Shown piece by piece: positions 59,860-64,000 of a stretch of 64,000 bases of DNA. Positions within the stretch are counted from its first letter, which is position 1, and every line of letters starts with the position of its first letter. The position numbers and the translations under genes were made by a program. The notes under the pieces were generated by a model. That model worked only from the letters and a program-made list of their open reading frames with translations. It was not told the DNA's origin and did no database searches. Source of the DNA: Eledone cirrhosa (lineage: Eukaryota). The stretch is from contig OZ024740.1 in the NCBI GenBank assembly GCA_964016885.1, positions 322,648,001 to 322,712,000 of the forward strand, written 5' to 3'.

Positions 59860-60118
59860 GCTTTGTACTTAGGCAAGGCGGGTCTACTGTATTACTGTGT
59901 AGCGCCAAAGATTTCGGTCCAGTGACATTGTCTTGGAGAGGTGTAAGTGTGTGATGTCGGAATTTATCAAGTCATCCCAGGATTTTCTGGGCCTGCCTAC
60001 TCCGTGGCTACCGTCTATTTTTATCGCCCTGCACTTTTTTATACAGCTGTCGTCTTTCATGTGCATCACGTGACCGTACCAACGTAGTCTTCTCTCGAGT
60101 AGACAACATCTGATCCCT
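59860..60118 (-). pseudogene. RTE LINE 3' coding remnant
   Basis: RRLRWYGHVMHMKDDSCIKKC...GVGRPRKSWDDLI..D......DRNLWR. Confidence 0.85.
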
Positions 60119-60329
60119 CGTGAGGTTGTGAGTTCGATTACCGGACCGGGCGATGCGTTATGACTTGAGCAAGACACTTTATTTCATGTTGCTCCTTCTA
60201 CCTGGAGTTGCGACCGATAGATAGTGTTAGCAATTGGAAAGACCAATGGAAACATTGTTTCCTCGGTCCGATTTGACGAAAGTCGATCGACTGATATATA
60301 TATATATATAGTTTGCAAAACTGTACAAG

Positions 60330-60471
<142 letters not shown>

Positions 60472-61089
60472 AAGAATCAAAGAACTGTTCAAAACATTTT
60501 TATGCTTACAACTGTTTCCTCCAAACCGAGGTTTGGATTCTTCGGAGCAATTTATTAATGAATGAACACTTATATGACCTCCTTTTCACCCAAGAGACAT
60601 ACAGATACATATGCAAATATTGTGGGTCAACATTCATTACAGCATTTAGAGTGGCAGTACACACTTAGAGATTACATTCATATTATTACTTAAGTGCTTC
60701 TACTACACGTAACTCTCTGCCACACTATATAAACAAGACGCACGTGCTTGCCACACATATAACATTTGCACTATATAACCGCTTATTTTCATGTTGTATT
60801 TTAACCTGTATTTTTGATTGTATCTTTTAATATGAATGTAATCTCTAAGTGTGTACTGCCACTCTAAATGCTGTAATGAATGTTGACCCACAATATTTGA
60901 ACAGTTCTTTGATTCTTATATTTCATATAACTGCTCTGCAAATCATCTGATGTTTTTACATTGAGCTACTTAACTTACTGGTAATAAGGTAGTAATATAT
61001 TACTGCCTACCACTATTTAGGTTTTGTATAAAAATATATATAACTGCAAAAAGTCTTTGTATTTACATAACCATAAATAGTATAATTAA

Positions 61090-61174
<85 letters not shown>

Positions 61175-61434
61175 GTAGGAGGTGAGTTTTATTGTAGTAC
61201 AATAAAGCAATGCAGATATCGGATAAGAAGCACTCTACAGTTTGTAGGACTGGAGTATACATAATATATAAGAACAAAAGATGGTTAAAAGAGTTCCATG
61301 TATTTTATTATGCGCATTTCAAAAACAAATATCATCATGCAATAATATTTGTGTTTTCATAAGATAAAACAGGAAGACATGATATGAAGGTTAAAAAACA
61401 CTTGTGGATAGTGCAGTTTTAAATCAACATATAT

Positions 61435-61552
61435 GTTTGAGTTCAAATCCCGCTGAGGTTAACTTTGCCTTTCATCCTTACGGGGTCGATAAAATAAAGT
61501 ACCAGTAATGTACTGGGTAATTGCTGGCCTTGTGCCTAAAGTAGAAACAATT
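61435..61552 (+). mobile_element. SINE family A 3' part
   Basis: B box, core and tail match the family A consensus. Confidence 0.75.
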
Positions 61553-61623
61553 ATTGCATGATGATATTTGTTTTTGAAATGCGCATAATAAAATACATGG
61601 AACTCTTTTAACCATCTTTTGTT

Positions 61624-61673
<50 letters not shown>

Positions 61674-62729
61674 CACACACACACACATATATATAAATAT
61701 ATAAAAGGAACCGATCGTTAGATTGGGCCCAGGCAACAATGTTTCTATTTGTTTTTCCATTGCTGATATTGTCTGCTTGTCGCAACTGCTGGCTGCATTT
61801 GCTGGTAGAAGAAAGGAAGTGAAAGTCAGATCGAACCCCAAAAAACAAGGTTTCCATGATTTTCTTCTTCTCCATCTGTCGGTTGGTTTTGCCGGTAAAA
61901 TCTGTCCAGCAATTCTTTCCTGAGACATTCTAATCTCATGGCTATAGTATTGGAATTGTAATATCTCAATTCGGAGAAGTAGCGGCTCTAGCTAGAGTGT
62001 TTCTCTGATCTCTGAGCTACGCACTCTATCAAGTAACGTTACTTCCATTGCCGATATTATCTTCTGGTCGCAACTCCTGACAGAAAGAAGCGAGATTGGG
62101 AATCAAAACACACATATCCCATCCGACTCTTTAACAATTCCGCCAATCTACCACTACATACACTATTATTTTATTTATCAACACTGACACGATGAAAGCC
62201 AATATTGACCTCAAAAAGATTTGAATTTTGTGACTCGGGCAGGGTGGTCTCTGAAATTAGTCTGAGTTCATTATCAACAAGCTGAGTTCGAACCTTCACT
62301 GCGATGAACATTAGGATGAGTCCACGGCCATTGCCGCAGTCTGTTATGTCTCTCCCCTACTTGGAGATGATAACAATAAAGACGAAACAGGGAAAGATAA
62401 TTCAGTGCTACATACAGCTCCTAATCTCTCACCGCCCAAAACTGCAGCCGATCCTTTGGTTTCTTGTCAAAAAGATTTCCCCTAAATATGTGGAATTTTC
62501 CTTTCCTCCACTTCCAAACCATGGCGGTTCTGTGAGCAGAAGTCCCGTTCAAAAAGTATCGATCGACTCTACCCGCCATATACCCATTGCATACACCACA
62601 CTGCATACATTTGACAGAATACTTCCACCTTCAAAACATCTGTGTATAGAACTGTGAAGGTGCATGGATTAATTGTTAGGGTGTTAAGCTCATGATGTAT
62701 GAAAGGACAGCTGGTGATAACCTCTGTGT

Positions 62730-64000
62730 GGGAATGGACGGTGGGTGATATCATCTGTGAAGGAATGGACGGTGGGTGATATCATCTGTGAAGGTGTGGA
62801 CAGTGGGTGATATCATCTGTGAAGGTGTGGACGGTGGATGATATCGTCTGTGTATGTGTAGACGGTGGGTGATATCATCTGTGTATGTGTGGACGGTGGG
62901 TGATATCATCTGTGAAGGTGTGGACGGTGGGTGATATCATCTGTGTAGGAATGGACGGTGGGTGATATCATCTGTGAAGGTGTGGACGGTGGGTGATATC
63001 ATCTGTGTATGTGTGGACGGTGGGTGATATCGTCTGTATATGTGTGGACGGTGGGTGATATCATCTGTGTATGTGTGGACGGTGGGTGATATCATCTGTG
63101 AAGGTGTGGACGGTGGGTGATATCATCTGTGAAGGTGTGGACGGTGGGTGATATCATCTGTGTATGTGTGGACGGTGGGTGATATCATCTGTGAAGGTGT
63201 GGACGGTGGGTGATATCATCTGTGTAGGAATGGACGGTGGGTGATATCATCTGTGAAGGTGTGGACGGTGGGTGATATCATCTGTGTATGTGTGGACGGT
63301 GGGTGATATCATCTGTGTATGTGTGGACGGTGGGTGATATCATCTGTGTATGTGTGGACGGTGGGTGATATCGTCTGTATATGTGTGGACGGTGGGTGAT
63401 ATCATCTGTGTAGGTGTGGACGGTGGGTGATATCATCTGTGAAGGTGTGGACGGTGGGTGATATCATCTGTGTAGGAATGGACGGTGGGTGATATCATCT
63501 GTGAAGGTGTGGACGGTGGGTGATATCATCTGTGTAGGTGTGAACGGTGGGTGATATCATCTGTGTATGTGTGGGCGGTGGGTGATATCATCTGTGTATG
63601 TGTGGACGGTGGGTGATATCATCTGTGTATGTGTGGACGGTGGGTGATATCGTCTGTATATGTGTGGACGGTGGGTGATATCATCTGTGTAGGTGTGGAC
63701 GGTGGGTGATATCATCTGTGTAGGTGTGGACGGTGGGTGATATCGTCTGTGTATGTGTGGACGGTGGGTGATATCATCTGTGTAGGTGTGGACGGTGGGT
63801 GATATCGTCTGTGTATGTGTGGACGGTGGGTGATATCGTCTATGTATGTGTGGACGGTGGGTGATATCATCTGTGTAGGTGTGGACGGTGGGTGATATCA
63901 TCTGTGTAGGTGTGGACGGTGGGTGATATCATCTGTGTAGGTGTGGACGGTGGGTGATATCGTCTGTGTATGTGTGGACGGTGGGTGATATCATCTGTGT
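62730..64000. repeat. 31-bp minisatellite (GGACGGTGGGTGATATCATCTGTGTATGTGT), running off the window end
   Basis: GGAC recurs at 62767, 62798 and onward; about 40 homogeneous units. Confidence 0.97.

Noticed and set aside
62730-64000. 31-bp repeat array (also the 19-bp and ~38-bp arrays) as CRISPR
   Set aside because: The units are contiguous with no unique spacers, there are no cas genes, and the context is eukaryotic.

Overview
AT-rich, microsatellite-saturated eukaryotic (metazoan) DNA. The repeat landscape suggests a cephalopod such as Octopus, but that is an inference. No intact host gene is recognisable, and almost all long ORFs in the track are microsatellite or minisatellite artefacts. 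The window holds: (i) a near full-length Penelope-like element (PLE; RT + GIY-YIG) with ~990-bp tandem pseudo-LTRs, plus a second PLE on the opposite strand; (ii) a full-length but frameshifted Tx1/L1-clade LINE preceded by three 3' fragments of related elements, all within (ATCT)n; (iii) remnants of mariner, CRE, R4/Dong-type and RTE elements, tRNA-derived SINEs, a Helitron-like end and several minisatellites. The main finding is a cluster of type I hammerhead ribozyme motifs at 20.4-27.8 kb, read by eye. One lies in each pseudo-LTR (a U3-A8 core variant), one in the minus-strand PLE tail, and two in a non-coding 430-bp tandem repeat that resembles a non-LTR retrozyme. Fold-back copies of these families break at or next to the predicted cleavage sites. 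Also notable are many short inverted duplications beside microsatellites, a ~1-kb inverted duplication 35 kb apart, and a possible YY1-rich promoter region.
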